Assembly (NCBI GenBank): GCA_963720465.1
Contig: OY970393.1
Coordinates: 256,001 to 320,000, forward strand
Reading direction: 5' to 3'
Length of the DNA stretch: 64,000 nucleotides
Source: Methanobacteriota archaeon
Lineage (GTDB): Archaea > Halobacteriota > Bog-38 > Methanoflorentales > Methanoflorentaceae
The notes below the pieces were generated by a model. It worked only from the letters and a program-made list of their open reading frames with translations, did no database searches and was not told the origin of the DNA. Numbering within the stretch: the stretch's first letter is position 1; the number at the start of each line of letters is the position of its first letter. The translations under genes were made by a program, and so were the position numbers. Shown here piece by piece: positions 31,779-41,416 of this stretch.

Positions 31779-31985
31779 ATGACTGAATTGCCTATTGCTC
31801 CTGTTGATAGGATTATAAGAAAAGCGGGCGCTGAACGTGTAAGCCAAGAGGCAGCGGAAGCCCTTGCCAATGTTATGGAAAACTATGTAATTGATCTCAC
31901 CGAGAGGGCTTTAATACTGGCGCAGCACGCGGGGAGAAAAACCATTCGCGTCGATGACGTCCGCTTGGCCGCATCGCGAAGTTAA
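31779..31985 (+). CDS. Archaeal histone (HMf type)
   Basis: ELPIAPVDRIIRKAGAERVS...HAGRKTI...D. Confidence 0.96.
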   Translation: MTELPIAPVDRIIRKAGAERVSQEAAEALANVMENYVIDLTERALILAQHAGRKTIRVDDVRLAASRS

Positions 31986-31986
31986 G

Positions 31987-32274
31987 ATGGATCTTTCGAG
32001 CTTTCAGAAGGAAATACAAGAGAGGTACGGCGAGATCGACAAGACATCGGGCTCATTTTTCCTTCTTTCGGTTCTCTTGGAGGAATGCGGCGAGCTTGCG
32101 ACCGCGATTCGACGCCAGGAAGCAACCGCGGCGGAAGAGGTCGCAGACGTGGTTTTTTGTGCCCTCTCAATTGCCAATCTTCTCGATGTCGACGTCGACC
32201 ATTTGTTGCAGGAAAAATATCTGCGGAGAGGATTTGACGAAGTTACGCGAAGCTGGACCGACTTTCAGACGTGA
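31987..32274 (+). CDS. MazG-like nucleotide pyrophosphohydrolase
   Basis: EECGELA...EEVADV...SIAN. Confidence 0.85.
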   Translation: MDLSSFQKEIQERYGEIDKTSGSFFLLSVLLEECGELATAIRRQEATAAEEVADVVFCALSIANLLDVDVDHLLQEKYLRRGFDEVTRSWTDFQT

Positions 32275-32363
32275 AACAGGCGTGGCACAATCCCGCGCAC
32301 GCGCCCTGCCGAAACTCGAGCAATAGTCAGCGATTGTTCGCACGCTCCGTTGAAGCGACACGC

Positions 32364-33596
32364 TCACCACGGCGGGTTCAGCTCGGGGTTCAGCACCCAT
32401 CGAAGTGACTTATCAGGGAATACCCGTTGCCAGGCAAGACTTCGTAGCTCCTCGTCACTCAGTTCGCGTGTCAGCAATTCAGCTTCATACCGTTTTAGTT
32501 CCTCTTGGTTTGCGTTTGTCGTCGGGTGTCGGTGTGCGGCGGTGCAACCCGGAGAATCACCGGCCGTTGATAGACGGTACGTCCCTATGCGTCGCGCCAG
32601 CTTGATGTTTTCCGTCTTGTCGAGACCTATTAGTGGGCGGTAGACGGGAACATTTGCGGCTTCGTCGATTGCAAGGAGATTCTGAGTGGTCTGGCTTGCG
32701 ACCTGTCCGATGCTCTCTCCAGTTACTATTCCGTGCGCGTTCTCTTCTTTTGCGATTGATGCGGCGATCCGGTACATCATGCGCTTGCAAAGTACACAGG
32801 TCATTCGCGGGGCCAGCTTTTTGAATTCACTCAAACTGGCTCCATGATGCACCACTGCGAAATCCAGCGGACGTCCCGCCCACACGGCGAGCGCTCTGAC
32901 GACGGCCTCTGCCCGCTGCCTCCCGGTGTCACCAAGATATGGCTCACAGTCAAAAAACAGTGGAACGATCGTGCAGCCGCGCTTCATCATAAGCCATGCC
33001 GCGACTGGCGAGTCGATTCCTCCGGAGACGAGAGCGATCACTTTTCCTTGGGTTCCCAAAGGCAGGCCTCCGACCCCCGGGACGACCTCAGTGTAGAGAT
33101 ACGCGCTGCTTGCTCGCACTTCAATAAACAGCTGGACGTCTGGCGTTGATAATCGCACGGGCGCACCAGTTGCTTTTTCAATTGTACGTCCGACAACTTC
33201 GCCGATGTCTTTGCTTGAGTAGTCGTGCGTTCCCGTCCGACGTGCTCGAATGCCAAAAGATTTTCCTTCGGTAAGCAACGGTGAAGCAATTCGCACTGCA
33301 GCTGACTGCATGGCATCCAGAGTAGCTGCACTTGTTTGGACAGGGCTGGCTGAAACGACTCCAAAAACGCTTGCAACTGCCGGAGCTGCTGCCGAATCAC
33401 GTGTCTTGACAAAGATGCGGCCGAAATCCCTGACAACGGCATCATATGAGATTGTACAAAAGCGGAGCATTCTCTCTATATTCTTTACGAGCGTGCGCTC
33501 GTATCGACTTCTGACTCTGTCGCTCTTGATTCCGATCTCGCCGTAGCGGACGAGGATCGCGTCGAGTCTCTGCATCTGGTCAGCTTCATTCGTCAT
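32364..33596 (-). CDS. thiI: tRNA 4-thiouridine synthase ThiI
   Basis: RYGEIGIKS, THUMP, GGLPLG, SGGIDS, CVLC, GESIGQVASQT. Confidence 0.95.
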   Translation of the reverse strand: MTNEADQMQRLDAILVRYGEIGIKSDRVRSRYERTLVKNIERMLRFCTISYDAVVRDFGRIFVKTRDSAAAPAVASVFGVVSASPVQTSAATLDAMQSAAVRIASPLLTEGKSFGIRARRTGTHDYSSKDIGEVVGRTIEKATGAPVRLSTPDVQLFIEVRASSAYLYTEVVPGVGGLPLGTQGKVIALVSGGIDSPVAAWLMMKRGCTIVPLFFDCEPYLGDTGRQRAEAVVRALAVWAGRPLDFAVVHHGASLSEFKKLAPRMTCVLCKRMMYRIAASIAKEENAHGIVTGESIGQVASQTTQNLLAIDEAANVPVYRPLIGLDKTENIKLARRIGTYRLSTAGDSPGCTAAHRHPTTNANQEELKRYEAELLTRELSDEELRSLAWQRVFPDKSLRWVLNPELNPPW

Positions 33597-33807
33597 GATG
33601 TATCCGCTAGCACTCCGGTCTTTTCTCGTTGTTCGCGTTTTTGCAACTCTCTATGACGCTTATTCCTGATAAAAGGTAACAACAGGCTAAGTGTTGTACG
33701 AAGAGCCTCTATTAGCAACCGCCCCGAGATCTGGAGCTGCGGCCGACGTGGAAGTGCCTGCGACGCTGATGTAAAGCATTTATATACGTCTAAACATAGT
33801 AAACTTG

Positions 33808-33903
33808 GCCGCCGTGGCTAAGCTCGGCATAGCGGCTGATTCGTATTTGAGCACTGCTCAAAGAATTATCAGCAGATCGAGGGTTCAAATCCCTCCGGCG
33901 GCT
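33808..33903 (+). tRNA. tRNA-Thr(CGT) with 22-nt intron (33846-33867)
   Basis: GCTGA-TTCGTA-[TTTGAGCACTGCTCAAAGAATT]-A-TCAGC; TATA TTTATATA upstream. Confidence 0.92.
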
Positions 33904-34041
33904 TGCCCAAGGTGCTACTTTTTGCCAAGATTTTGGCGCGTCCTTTTGGAGTGTTATTCGAGAAGGACGAGATTTAGAATTTATATCATTAGGTGTAACA
34001 ATACATAAGGTTTATCATCCATAAAGGCAATCCGAAAAACG

Positions 34042-34182
34042 ATGGCCGAGGAGACGAAGCGTCAGAGTATGAAGGAGGACATAATCGAGCAAATAGAGAA
34101 GCTCGACGTCTTGCGTGAAAAGGGATTCATCACTAGCCAAGCGTACGAAAAACGAAAAGCTGAATTACTCGAAATCCTCTGA
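34042..34182 (+). CDS. Stand-alone SHOCT-domain microprotein (46 aa, below ORF-track cutoff)
   Basis: MAEETKRQSMKEDIIEQIEKLDVLREKGFITSQAYEKRKAELLEIL; TTTATC promoter-like element about 25 nt upstream. Confidence 0.75.
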   Translation: MAEETKRQSMKEDIIEQIEKLDVLREKGFITSQAYEKRKAELLEIL

Positions 34183-34205
34183 GATCGCGCACGTCTGTGC
34201 AGCGG

Positions 34206-35525
34206 TCACTTGACGCCTTGTTTTCTCAAGAACTTTTGCATCTCTTTTTGAGAGCGGACACCTTTCATCGCCCGCTGCATCGCTTTGTGATACTTCAAGA
34301 GCTCGCGCACGTAGTCAGAAGTGACTCCTGAACCGCGCGCGATCCGCTTTATTCGTGAACTTCGAATTATCCGTGGATGCTCGAGCTCTTCGTCAGTCAT
34401 TGAGTCCATTACGACTTTGAAACGTTCTAGGGTTTCTTTCGTTGATTGAAGCGCCCCGTTGGGGATGTCGACGCCGAGCGATCCGAGCGGAAGCATTTGA
34501 ACGATTTTGGTCAGAGGGCCCATCTTGCGTATCGCATCCATTTGTTTGTACATGTCTTTGAGCGTAAACTCGCCTTTGAGCATCGCCTCCGCCTCTTCCA
34601 TCTCGATGGGGGGTTCTTCTTCGATCATCTCGACGAGGGTTTTCATGTCGCCCATGCCGAGCAGTCGAGAGATGAATCGGTCTGGTTCGAACTTCTCGAG
34701 GTCGTCGATGGTTTCGCCCATGCCGATAAACGCGATGCCCGTTCCGACCTCGGCCACCGCAGAGAGCGCCCCGCCGCCTTTCGCAGTCCCGTCGAGCTTC
34801 GTCACAATAACGCCCGTTAAGCCGATTGCTTCGTTGAACGCTTTCGCTTGTTCGCTCGCTTGCTGACCGATGCCAGAGTCGAGCACCAGAAAGCGCTGGT
34901 CCGCTTTCGACGTTTCGTTGATTGCCTTCATCTCGAGAACCAAGTCCGTTTCGAGTGCGTGGCGGCCCGCGGTGTCGACGAGTATGACGTCATAGCGTTT
35001 CAGTTCGGCTAAGCCCCGGGTCGTGATCTCGACCGCGTCGCTGCTCTCCGATTCGCCGTAGAAAGCGACGCCGATTCGCTCGCAGAGCTGCGAAAGCTGA
35101 TCGTACGCGCCAGGGCGGTAGGTGTCCGCGCAGATGACCGCGGCTTTTAGACCTTTTTTCTGAAAAAATCGCGCGAGCTTCGCTGTAGTTGTGGTTTTGC
35201 CGCTGCCTTGGAGGCCGACCATAATCACTGTATGACGGGTGAGCGGCACTGAGATTGGCTCACCGAGCAGCGCGACAAGCTCTTGATACACTATGTTGAT
35301 GACGTGCTGACGCGGATTCAGCTTCCCGGAGAGCTCTTCTTTTAGCGCCCGGTCTTTGATGCGTTTCGACAGCTGTTGCACCAGAGCGACGTTGACGTCG
35401 GCGCTGAGGAGCGCCCGCTGAATGTCTTTGACGACTTCGTTGAGCGTTTTTTCGTCGATGCGATTTGCTCGCGCTATTTTCTTTAGCGTATCACGAAGTG
35501 AGCTGCCGAGGTTTTCCATTACCAT
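34206..35525 (-). CDS. srp54: Signal recognition particle protein Srp54
   Basis: GLQGSGKTTT, DTAGRH, TKLDGTAKGGG, M-domain RIARGSG. Confidence 0.97.
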   Translation of the reverse strand: MVMENLGSSLRDTLKKIARANRIDEKTLNEVVKDIQRALLSADVNVALVQQLSKRIKDRALKEELSGKLNPRQHVINIVYQELVALLGEPISVPLTRHTVIMVGLQGSGKTTTTAKLARFFQKKGLKAAVICADTYRPGAYDQLSQLCERIGVAFYGESESSDAVEITTRGLAELKRYDVILVDTAGRHALETDLVLEMKAINETSKADQRFLVLDSGIGQQASEQAKAFNEAIGLTGVIVTKLDGTAKGGGALSAVAEVGTGIAFIGMGETIDDLEKFEPDRFISRLLGMGDMKTLVEMIEEEPPIEMEEAEAMLKGEFTLKDMYKQMDAIRKMGPLTKIVQMLPLGSLGVDIPNGALQSTKETLERFKVVMDSMTDEELEHPRIIRSSRIKRIARGSGVTSDYVRELLKYHKAMQRAMKGVRSQKEMQKFLRKQGVK

Positions 35526-36647
35526 TTACGTCTCTGCCTCGCCGAACAGTCTGCTCAGAAGCCACTGGGGGTTGAACTTGACAATGTCGTCATATTTTTG
35601 TCCGAGTCCTAAAAAGAGGATTGGCTTGTTCGTCGCGTGCGCTATTGAGATGGCGGTCCCTCCTTTTGAATCGGCATCCACTTTGGTGAGAATTGATCCA
35701 TCGATAGCCATTGCGGTATTGAACTGCAGCGCACGTTCCACCGCGTCATTGCCCGCGAGGGCTTCGTCGACAAAAACCACAAGATCCGCGTCAATCACTC
35801 GCTCAATTTTCTTGAGTTGATTCATGAGGTTAACATTGGTGTGGATTCGCCCGGCGGTATCTGCAAGCACCACGTCCTTGTGTTTCGCGCGCGCATACTG
35901 CACCGCGTCATAGATGACAGCAGCGGGGTCCGCACCCTGCTGGTGCTTGATGAGCTTCACTCCCAGGTTATCGGCGTGTCGCTCAATCTGTTCAAGTGCG
36001 CCGGCCCTGTACGTGTCCCCTGCCGCGAGCACAACAGCATACCCCTGATTTTTGAGGCGGTATGCCAGTTTTGCAATGGTTGTAGTCTTTCCTGTGCCAT
36101 TGATGCCGGTAAACACGATGGTCACAGGTTTTGGTGCTTTTTTGACAAGTTCGTCGAAATCAAGGCTGTTCACGTCGAGCACTTTTAAAATTCCGTCGCG
36201 CAACGCCTGCTCGACCAGTGCCCCGACGTCCTGACGCCACTTGCGCTTGGTGCCAATCAGCTCTTTTTTTACCGTGTCAACGATCTCTTCAGAGACTGAC
36301 ATCGCCACATCGCTTTCCAGGAGGGCAATCTCAAGATCCCATAGGGGCTCTTCTAGGTCTTTTTCCTTTATTTCTCTCTCAAAAAGGGATCTGCCCCTTG
36401 TGGGTCTTGTGGCCTCTCCTGGCACTTCCTGCTGCGTAGCTGCTTCAACTGATTGAGAGACTCCGACTGCTTCGTCATCGTGAGCAGCGGGAGGCGTATA
36501 TGTCTCGCCTGCGGTTTCTTCTGGACCTTCGGCTAGACGTGCTGCATCATTTGAAGAGGCCTCGACCTCTGCATCATCAAGCTCGTGCTCTTTGTTAGTG
36601 ACAGTCTTCTTGAACTGATTGAGTTTTTGCCGCAGGCCTTCAAACAT
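35526..36647 (-). CDS. ftsY: SRP receptor FtsY
   Basis: Acidic N-terminus, GINGTGKTTT, DTAGR, TKVDADSKGG. Confidence 0.96.
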   Translation of the reverse strand: MFEGLRQKLNQFKKTVTNKEHELDDAEVEASSNDAARLAEGPEETAGETYTPPAAHDDEAVGVSQSVEAATQQEVPGEATRPTRGRSLFEREIKEKDLEEPLWDLEIALLESDVAMSVSEEIVDTVKKELIGTKRKWRQDVGALVEQALRDGILKVLDVNSLDFDELVKKAPKPVTIVFTGINGTGKTTTIAKLAYRLKNQGYAVVLAAGDTYRAGALEQIERHADNLGVKLIKHQQGADPAAVIYDAVQYARAKHKDVVLADTAGRIHTNVNLMNQLKKIERVIDADLVVFVDEALAGNDAVERALQFNTAMAIDGSILTKVDADSKGGTAISIAHATNKPILFLGLGQKYDDIVKFNPQWLLSRLFGEAET

Positions 36648-37073
36648 CTAGCGTGCCGCCTGTGACTGCGATTGGTACTCCTGTAATTTCGCTTGGAGCG
36701 CGTAGATCTGTGAGCCGATCTGATTCAGTCGAGTCGCGAATTGTCCTTGCATGTCCGTTAGTTTTTTCTTTCGGTCGCTGAGGTACGAAACCGCGTCAGT
36801 GATGTCCACCTCAGCAGAGACGTTCGCGCCGAGTCCGATGATAACCCTTTTCGTTTGAGGAATGCTGCCATAGACGAACGAGCTTGCCCCGATCGGTATA
36901 AGCGTTTCTTTGCCGACCTTTGGCTTGGAAAGAGCTTCAACAGCCGTGATCGCGTTTTCTATCTCGTTGATGGTGAAGCTGATGACCTCCATTTGTTGCT
37001 CGTACGCACGCGCTTCTGCCTCTGTTTGTTGGAGTTGGGCGACCAACACGCGCACTTCTTGCTCGCTAGCCAT
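36648..37073 (-). CDS. pfdA: Prefoldin alpha subunit
   Basis: Coiled coils flanking LIPIGASSF...VIIGLGA; conserved position. Confidence 0.92.
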   Translation of the reverse strand: MASEQEVRVLVAQLQQTEAEARAYEQQMEVISFTINEIENAITAVEALSKPKVGKETLIPIGASSFVYGSIPQTKRVIIGLGANVSAEVDITDAVSYLSDRKKKLTDMQGQFATRLNQIGSQIYALQAKLQEYQSQSQAAR

Positions 37074-37077
37074 GCTA

Positions 37078-37266
37078 TCACACTTCTTCCGCTTCGATGG
37101 ATTCAATTCGAATCATTTTCCGCTTTAGGCCATGCTCACTGCCGATGAGTGAGTAGAGCTTTTCGGCTGCATTTTTCTCGTTGTTGCTCGAGAGTTTTTT
37201 TGTGAATCGTTCCCACGAACGTCCTGCTTTAAAGGAACCCGTTATTTGAAAGGTTTTGCTTTCCAC
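37078..37266 (-). CDS. rpl18a: 50S ribosomal protein L18Ae/eL20 (LX)
   Basis: F.I.G.F...FTK...AEKLYSLIGSEHGLKR..IRI. Confidence 0.92.
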   Translation of the reverse strand: MESKTFQITGSFKAGRSWERFTKKLSSNNEKNAAEKLYSLIGSEHGLKRKMIRIESIEAEEV

Positions 37267-37428
37267 AGTTACACCATCCGTTAATCAGCGTGTGATAAGC
37301 GCATCGGGCGTGCGCACATGAGGTCGACGTCCTCCTGCCGAGGATCCTCGGTCATTGAGTTATTCGCGAGGTTATCTGTTAAATAGCTATCCAAACTGAC
37401 GAGCGCGGCGTTTGTGACGGTCTAAAGG

Positions 37429-38097
37429 CTACAGAAACCCTAACGAGTCCTCTATCCGCCCGAGCTCTATTCCTGTCGTCTCTAGGCCTACGACGTAGCC
37501 CTTTGTGTTTGCAAGAAGTGAAGATCCCACGAGCGGTGATCCATAGTTCACGGTGCCGATGTTGACGGGAACGCCGAAGGTGTCATCCAGCTTCGAAAGC
37601 TCTCCCTCTGTCGCTTTTGGATGCGCCAAAACGCCTTTGTTCGTTGCGCACGCAGCCATCCCCACCGTCTTCAGTCCGGCGACCGTTCCGCGCTGCACGT
37701 CCACTCCTAAGGCCTCAGAAATGACTCGTTCGGCTCGAGCGATTAGGTTGGGATGGATCAGCGCCGCGGTATCGTTTGCGAGGATGACGTTCCCAGCGGC
37801 ATTGATCCTGCCGGGGAGCTTTCGCACAGGCAATCCTCCGCAACTCGCCTTGAGCTGTGCGATCTCGTGCCTGAGCGCGTTATTTGAAACGACATATCCC
37901 TTCGAGTTTCCAGCGACGAGCGATCCGACGACCGCGCTCGAGCCTATGAGGAGTGGGACGGAGGTCACGTCCAGCTCCTGCAGGAAGTTGAGTTGCTCTT
38001 CCTCGGTAGGCGCTGGTGCACTAAGCAAGAAATCTTCGGTACACGCAGCAAAGACGCCGAGCACGGCGCTTCCGCCTATCGAAATGCGCTTGACCAC
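37429..38097 (-). CDS. eif6: Translation initiation factor 6
   Basis: GNVILAND..ALIHP, GTVNYGSPLVGS, TTGIELGRIE. Confidence 0.95.
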   Translation of the reverse strand: MVKRISIGGSAVLGVFAACTEDFLLSAPAPTEEEQLNFLQELDVTSVPLLIGSSAVVGSLVAGNSKGYVVSNNALRHEIAQLKASCGGLPVRKLPGRINAAGNVILANDTAALIHPNLIARAERVISEALGVDVQRGTVAGLKTVGMAACATNKGVLAHPKATEGELSKLDDTFGVPVNIGTVNYGSPLVGSSLLANTKGYVVGLETTGIELGRIEDSLGFL

Positions 38098-38140
38098 GGT
38101 GGATCCTCTAAAGGTGGGTTTCTTTTTGCGAACTCGAACA

Positions 38141-38422
38141 TCACGATTCGGTCGCGAGTTCTGCCTCGACGACGCCATCGTCGAACTTCATCGCCCGGAC
38201 GGTGATCTTATTCGGCGGATTGCTCGAACCTCTCTCCCAGACTTTTTTGTTGATCGAGGGATCAAGCTTGACTTTATCTTCTTCGGCGCTCAAATGGTGG
38301 GCGAGGTACTGACGAATTTCCGACATCGCCTTTTTGCTGCGTCTCCACCTGGGCGTATGTTTCACCGCTCGCAGTGGTATGGTGTACACCCGTTCTTCTT
38401 CCACTTTCGTGTCTTTCGCCAT
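38141..38422 (-). CDS. rpl31e: 50S ribosomal protein L31e
   Basis: ERVYTIPLR, R..KAM, VW.RG..NPP. Confidence 0.95.
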   Translation of the reverse strand: MAKDTKVEEERVYTIPLRAVKHTPRWRRSKKAMSEIRQYLAHHLSAEEDKVKLDPSINKKVWERGSSNPPNKITVRAMKFDDGVVEAELATES

Positions 38423-38428
38423 GAACGA

Positions 38429-38581
38429 TCACACCTTGAGATGACCGCGTCTCCAGTGCCGCCTTTTTGGATGGGTCGTCACGTTGCGGTTTGAACGTAC
38501 CGTAACCCAAGCCGGCACGCGCCTATTTTGACTTGTGGCTTTTGCGAGTCGCTTCTTTTTCCCCTTAGTTACTTTGCTCAT
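38429..38581 (-). CDS. rpl39e: 50S ribosomal protein L39e
   Basis: [17 protein letters not shown]...HPKRRHWRR. Confidence 0.95.
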   Translation of the reverse strand: MSKVTKGKKKRLAKATSQNRRVPAWVTVRSNRNVTTHPKRRHWRRGHLKV

Positions 38582-38692
38582 TACAGTCCCTCTGTTGCGG
38601 ATCTCGGTGGATTGCTCGGCATTTTCAAACATCCTCGCGATCAGAGTAGCCTATTGCATTTCATCGTTAATAATTGTTTACGCCAATACGGC

Positions 38693-39280
38693 TCAAAAAA
38701 CCACGCTTTTTCGTCCTGTGACCCTTGACTGGATGTGTTCTGGAGGGAAAACGGCCTTCACGGCCTCGGAGCCGTACGAACTCTCCATAACTCTACGCAA
38801 TTCGACCTCGTAGTCAAACGAGATGCACTCCCCGTACGTGACCTCGAGGTGCGCGTCGGCAAGTGCGTCGATCGCCCTTCGCCCGTAGCCGAGGAGCGGT
38901 CGCACGTAGTCGATCGCTGAGCGATCTTCCAGACTTCGAGCCTCACGCACGTTCAGGAGCGGCGCCTTGTCGTCTCGGCGCGTGCCGTCGGCGACTACCT
39001 GATAGCGTGCGGCGGCGCGTTCAAGCGCCGTTTTGTGCAGGTGGTTGATGCCTCTGTTTGGGTATCCGTCCTCGATCATCGCGTCGACGGTGGCCGTTGC
39101 GAGGGCCGCCTCAAAGCCGATTATCACGTGGGGAAAACCGAGTATGCGCGCCACTGACGCTGCGTCATTCGGCACAATTCCGAACGATACCGTAACGAGC
39201 TCAATTTGCACAAAAGGGCTGAGAAGAATAGCTGCGAGCGCGCTATCCTTGCCGCCGCTGAACAAAACGCCGACCTTCAT
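38693..39280 (-). CDS. PP-loop (COG2117-like) ATPase
   Basis: LFSGGKDS, ADGTRRDD, DYEVELR; conserved position. Confidence 0.85.
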   Translation of the reverse strand: MKVGVLFSGGKDSALAAILLSPFVQIELVTVSFGIVPNDAASVARILGFPHVIIGFEAALATATVDAMIEDGYPNRGINHLHKTALERAAARYQVVADGTRRDDKAPLLNVREARSLEDRSAIDYVRPLLGYGRRAIDALADAHLEVTYGECISFDYEVELRRVMESSYGSEAVKAVFPPEHIQSRVTGRKSVVF

Positions 39281-39606
39281 CTGCGCGTGATGCGTATGTT
39301 CTGCTTCTTGGGGGCAATTTGTTTAAGGAGTTGCTTAAGCTGTTCGTCAGTTATCGTTCCCGTGAGCCTGCCACTTTGGTACAAGGCGAGTAGCTGCGAC
39401 TCCACTGAGTCGGCAAAGTCGGGACGCGTCAGTCGAATGCTGTTCAGCCGTTCCCGAGCTTCGGGGGTGAGTACCTGTCGCAGCAAGGCGCTTTTCCGCG
39501 CCTGTGCCTGTTCTATCTCTTCCGTAGACGGCCCTTGCGTTCCGCTCTGCTGCGCTTGGAGTTGTTCGAGGCGTCGCCTCCGTATTTGTTCAAGGTCATC
39601 ATCCAT
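39277..39606 (-). CDS. PDCD5-like DNA-binding protein
   Basis: DLEQIRRRRLEQL...LTPEARERL..IRL.RP. Confidence 0.93.
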   Translation of the reverse strand: MDDDLEQIRRRRLEQLQAQQSGTQGPSTEEIEQAQARKSALLRQVLTPEARERLNSIRLTRPDFADSVESQLLALYQSGRLTGTITDEQLKQLLKQIAPKKQNIRITRR

Positions 39607-39627
39607 AATCCTCACACTCCGGGTCGC

Positions 39628-40047
39628 CTATGCGCTTTGTGCGAGCTCATACGCGCTGTTGTCGAGGAACGATCTGCCTTGTGACGAGATCTCGCGACCT
39701 TTTGGGGTCGTCTTAACGAACCCCGCGTTCTCGAGCTGTTGCATCGCTTTTCGAATTATTGAGCCGCTCCCCTTGACAAACCGCTCAGGTGTTGACGAGT
39801 TGTCGGTTTTGCCCCCGTAGACCGAGCGGAGTCGTTGCGTGCCAACGGGGCCGTCCATTGCGATGCGTCGCAACAGCGCGGCGCAGCGGACATACCACCA
39901 GTCATCGTTCTGCGGCGGGTGCTCCCTGTGCACCCCCGTCTTTACCCACGACGCCCATTCTGGGGGGGTGAATCGTTCGTCGCTCTTCAGCTTCGTTGCA
40001 GTAAGTTCGATCAGTTTATTTGCAGGAACATCGTACAGCGTCGTCAT
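39628..40047 (-). CDS. rps19e: 30S ribosomal protein S19e
   Basis: PPEWA..VKTG..RE.PP...WWY.R.A, GSGSIIR. Confidence 0.96.
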   Translation of the reverse strand: MTTLYDVPANKLIELTATKLKSDERFTPPEWASWVKTGVHREHPPQNDDWWYVRCAALLRRIAMDGPVGTQRLRSVYGGKTDNSSTPERFVKGSGSIIRKAMQQLENAGFVKTTPKGREISSQGRSFLDNSAYELAQSA

Positions 40048-40108
40048 TTAATCTCCTAATTGGACTTTTCTACTGGAACCAAGCGTCTTTACGTTTTTTT
40101 TACTTATA

Positions 40109-40420
40109 TCATTTTCTCTGATACGCGCTGCCATTTTGAGCCGTTTTTTTGATGCGGTACGGCGAAAGATACACAGCGGTGGCGCCTTTCAAATCGACCA
40201 ATCGTGCACCTGAGCTGTGCTCGAGTTCGTGCGCGATCTCTTCCCGACTTGATTCGAACAAGGCGGCCTTAAGCATCTTTACTTTGACCATCTTCTGCAG
40301 CTTGAGTTGACGTCGCAGTTCGAGTGCGATCGAATCGTTTGCGCCGTTCTTGCCGATCCAGAGCGTCGGTATAAGCTCTGCTGAGAGTGCCTTAAGTTTT
40401 TGCATGTCACTTTTGATCAT
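40109..40420 (-). CDS. YhbY/CRM RNA-binding protein
   Basis: PTLWIGKNG...MVKVK. Confidence 0.88.
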   Translation of the reverse strand: MIKSDMQKLKALSAELIPTLWIGKNGANDSIALELRRQLKLQKMVKVKMLKAALFESSREEIAHELEHSSGARLVDLKGATAVYLSPYRIKKTAQNGSAYQRK

Positions 40421-40439
40421 GTGTGTCTTGGATTGCGGT

Positions 40440-40736
40440 TCAATAGCGTCTCAGGTCACCGCACTTTAAGCACGTTATAACGGTACGTTTGTCTTTTATG
40501 CGCACGCGTGCATTCGCTCCGTAGACGAAATACGTCCCACAGCTTCTGCAAAAACGCATCTTCTTTTTTCTGAGTGGCAGGCGGTACCTGGTTGCCAGCC
40601 GCCGAACAAGTTCGACATAGCGATCGCTTCGCTGCGCGTGCACCGGAAACTCTGTGGCGGCCGCTTCGAACAAACGGTCTATGCGCTGCGAAACGATGCC
40701 GTTGATAAACTCCTTCTTTTTTCGTCGTCGGGACAT
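40440..40736 (-). CDS. rnp4: RNase P protein component 4 (Rpp21)
   Basis: RI..LF, RYV, FCRSC...CLKCG..RRY. Confidence 0.92.
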   Translation of the reverse strand: MSRRRKKKEFINGIVSQRIDRLFEAAATEFPVHAQRSDRYVELVRRLATRYRLPLRKKKMRFCRSCGTYFVYGANARVRIKDKRTVITCLKCGDLRRY

Positions 40737-40795
40737 TTTCTAAGCACGCCGTGCAAAGCATTAATATACGTTCTGTTAAAGTAGTTTTGCGTCGC

Positions 40796-40879
40796 GCACC
40801 GATGGTCTAGTGGCTATGACTTGGGCCTTCCAACGCGTGAAGAAAGCCCACAACCCGGGTTCGAATCCCGGTCGGTGCA
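40796..40879 (+). tRNA. tRNA-Gly(TCC) with 12-nt intron (40833-40844)
   Basis: TGGGC-CTTCCA-[ACGCGTGAAGAA]-A-GCCCA; CUUC pairs with intron GAAG. Confidence 0.92.
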
Positions 40880-40905
40880 TTCTCGCGCACGCAGTACCGA
40901 CGGCG

Positions 40906-41175
40906 TCACAGCATTCGGGTTACCGCAACGACTTGAACGCTTTCTACCTCGTCGATTACCGACAGGGATGCTTCGACAGCTTCAGTTCCGCCCTCTTTGT
41001 CCTCAACGATGACGGTGATCAGCAGCGCGTTAAGCCCAAACGCTATCGGCTGCACTTCGCAGCTATGGATCCGTCCGTACTGGGCGACCTGGGATTCAAT
41101 TCGAGTGCTTAGGTTCTTAAAGTCAACGTCGGGGCCGTTGGGCATTATCTTTATCTGTGCGGCTACTTCTCCCAT
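40906..41175 (-). CDS. ef1b: Elongation factor 1-beta
   Basis: KIMP..PDVD, PIAFGL.AL, EGGTE. Confidence 0.94.
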   Translation of the reverse strand: MGEVAAQIKIMPNGPDVDFKNLSTRIESQVAQYGRIHSCEVQPIAFGLNALLITVIVEDKEGGTEAVEASLSVIDEVESVQVVAVTRML

Positions 41176-41331
41176 TTAAGGGCCTCCAAAACCGTACGAA
41201 CATCGGTACGGATTGCTCAACTTCTTGCGCCTCTTGCATCGCGCGATTATCTCTCCGCACGAGGGGCACGGGTACGCTATGGCGTTATCCCTTGTTATTC
41301 GGGTGCCGCATGATATGCACGTTTTCTCCAT
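41176..41331 (-). CDS. DUF1610/HVO_2753-like zinc-finger microprotein (degenerate)
   Basis: CISCG...CPSCG...RCKRR...YRCSYGFGGP; upstream of EF-1beta. Confidence 0.82.
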   Translation of the reverse strand: MEKTCISCGTRITRDNAIAYPCPSCGEIIARCKRRKKLSNPYRCSYGFGGP

Positions 41332-41416
41332 TCTTTCACTTCTCCTTGCGCGGTTCATTGAAAAGTGAGCATCGCCCGTGTTGGCTACTTTTACAGTACC
41401 GCGATGCCTTTATAAA

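Noticed and set aside
37267-37428. C/D box sRNA or leader between eif6 and rpl18a (CCGAGGATCCTCGG palindrome)
   Set aside because: No clear RUGAUGA box C; a single palindrome is not enough
37553-38494. 313-aa plus-strand ORF and many similar shadow ORFs
   Set aside because: Antisense to well-supported genes (eif6, rpl31e and others); no motifs
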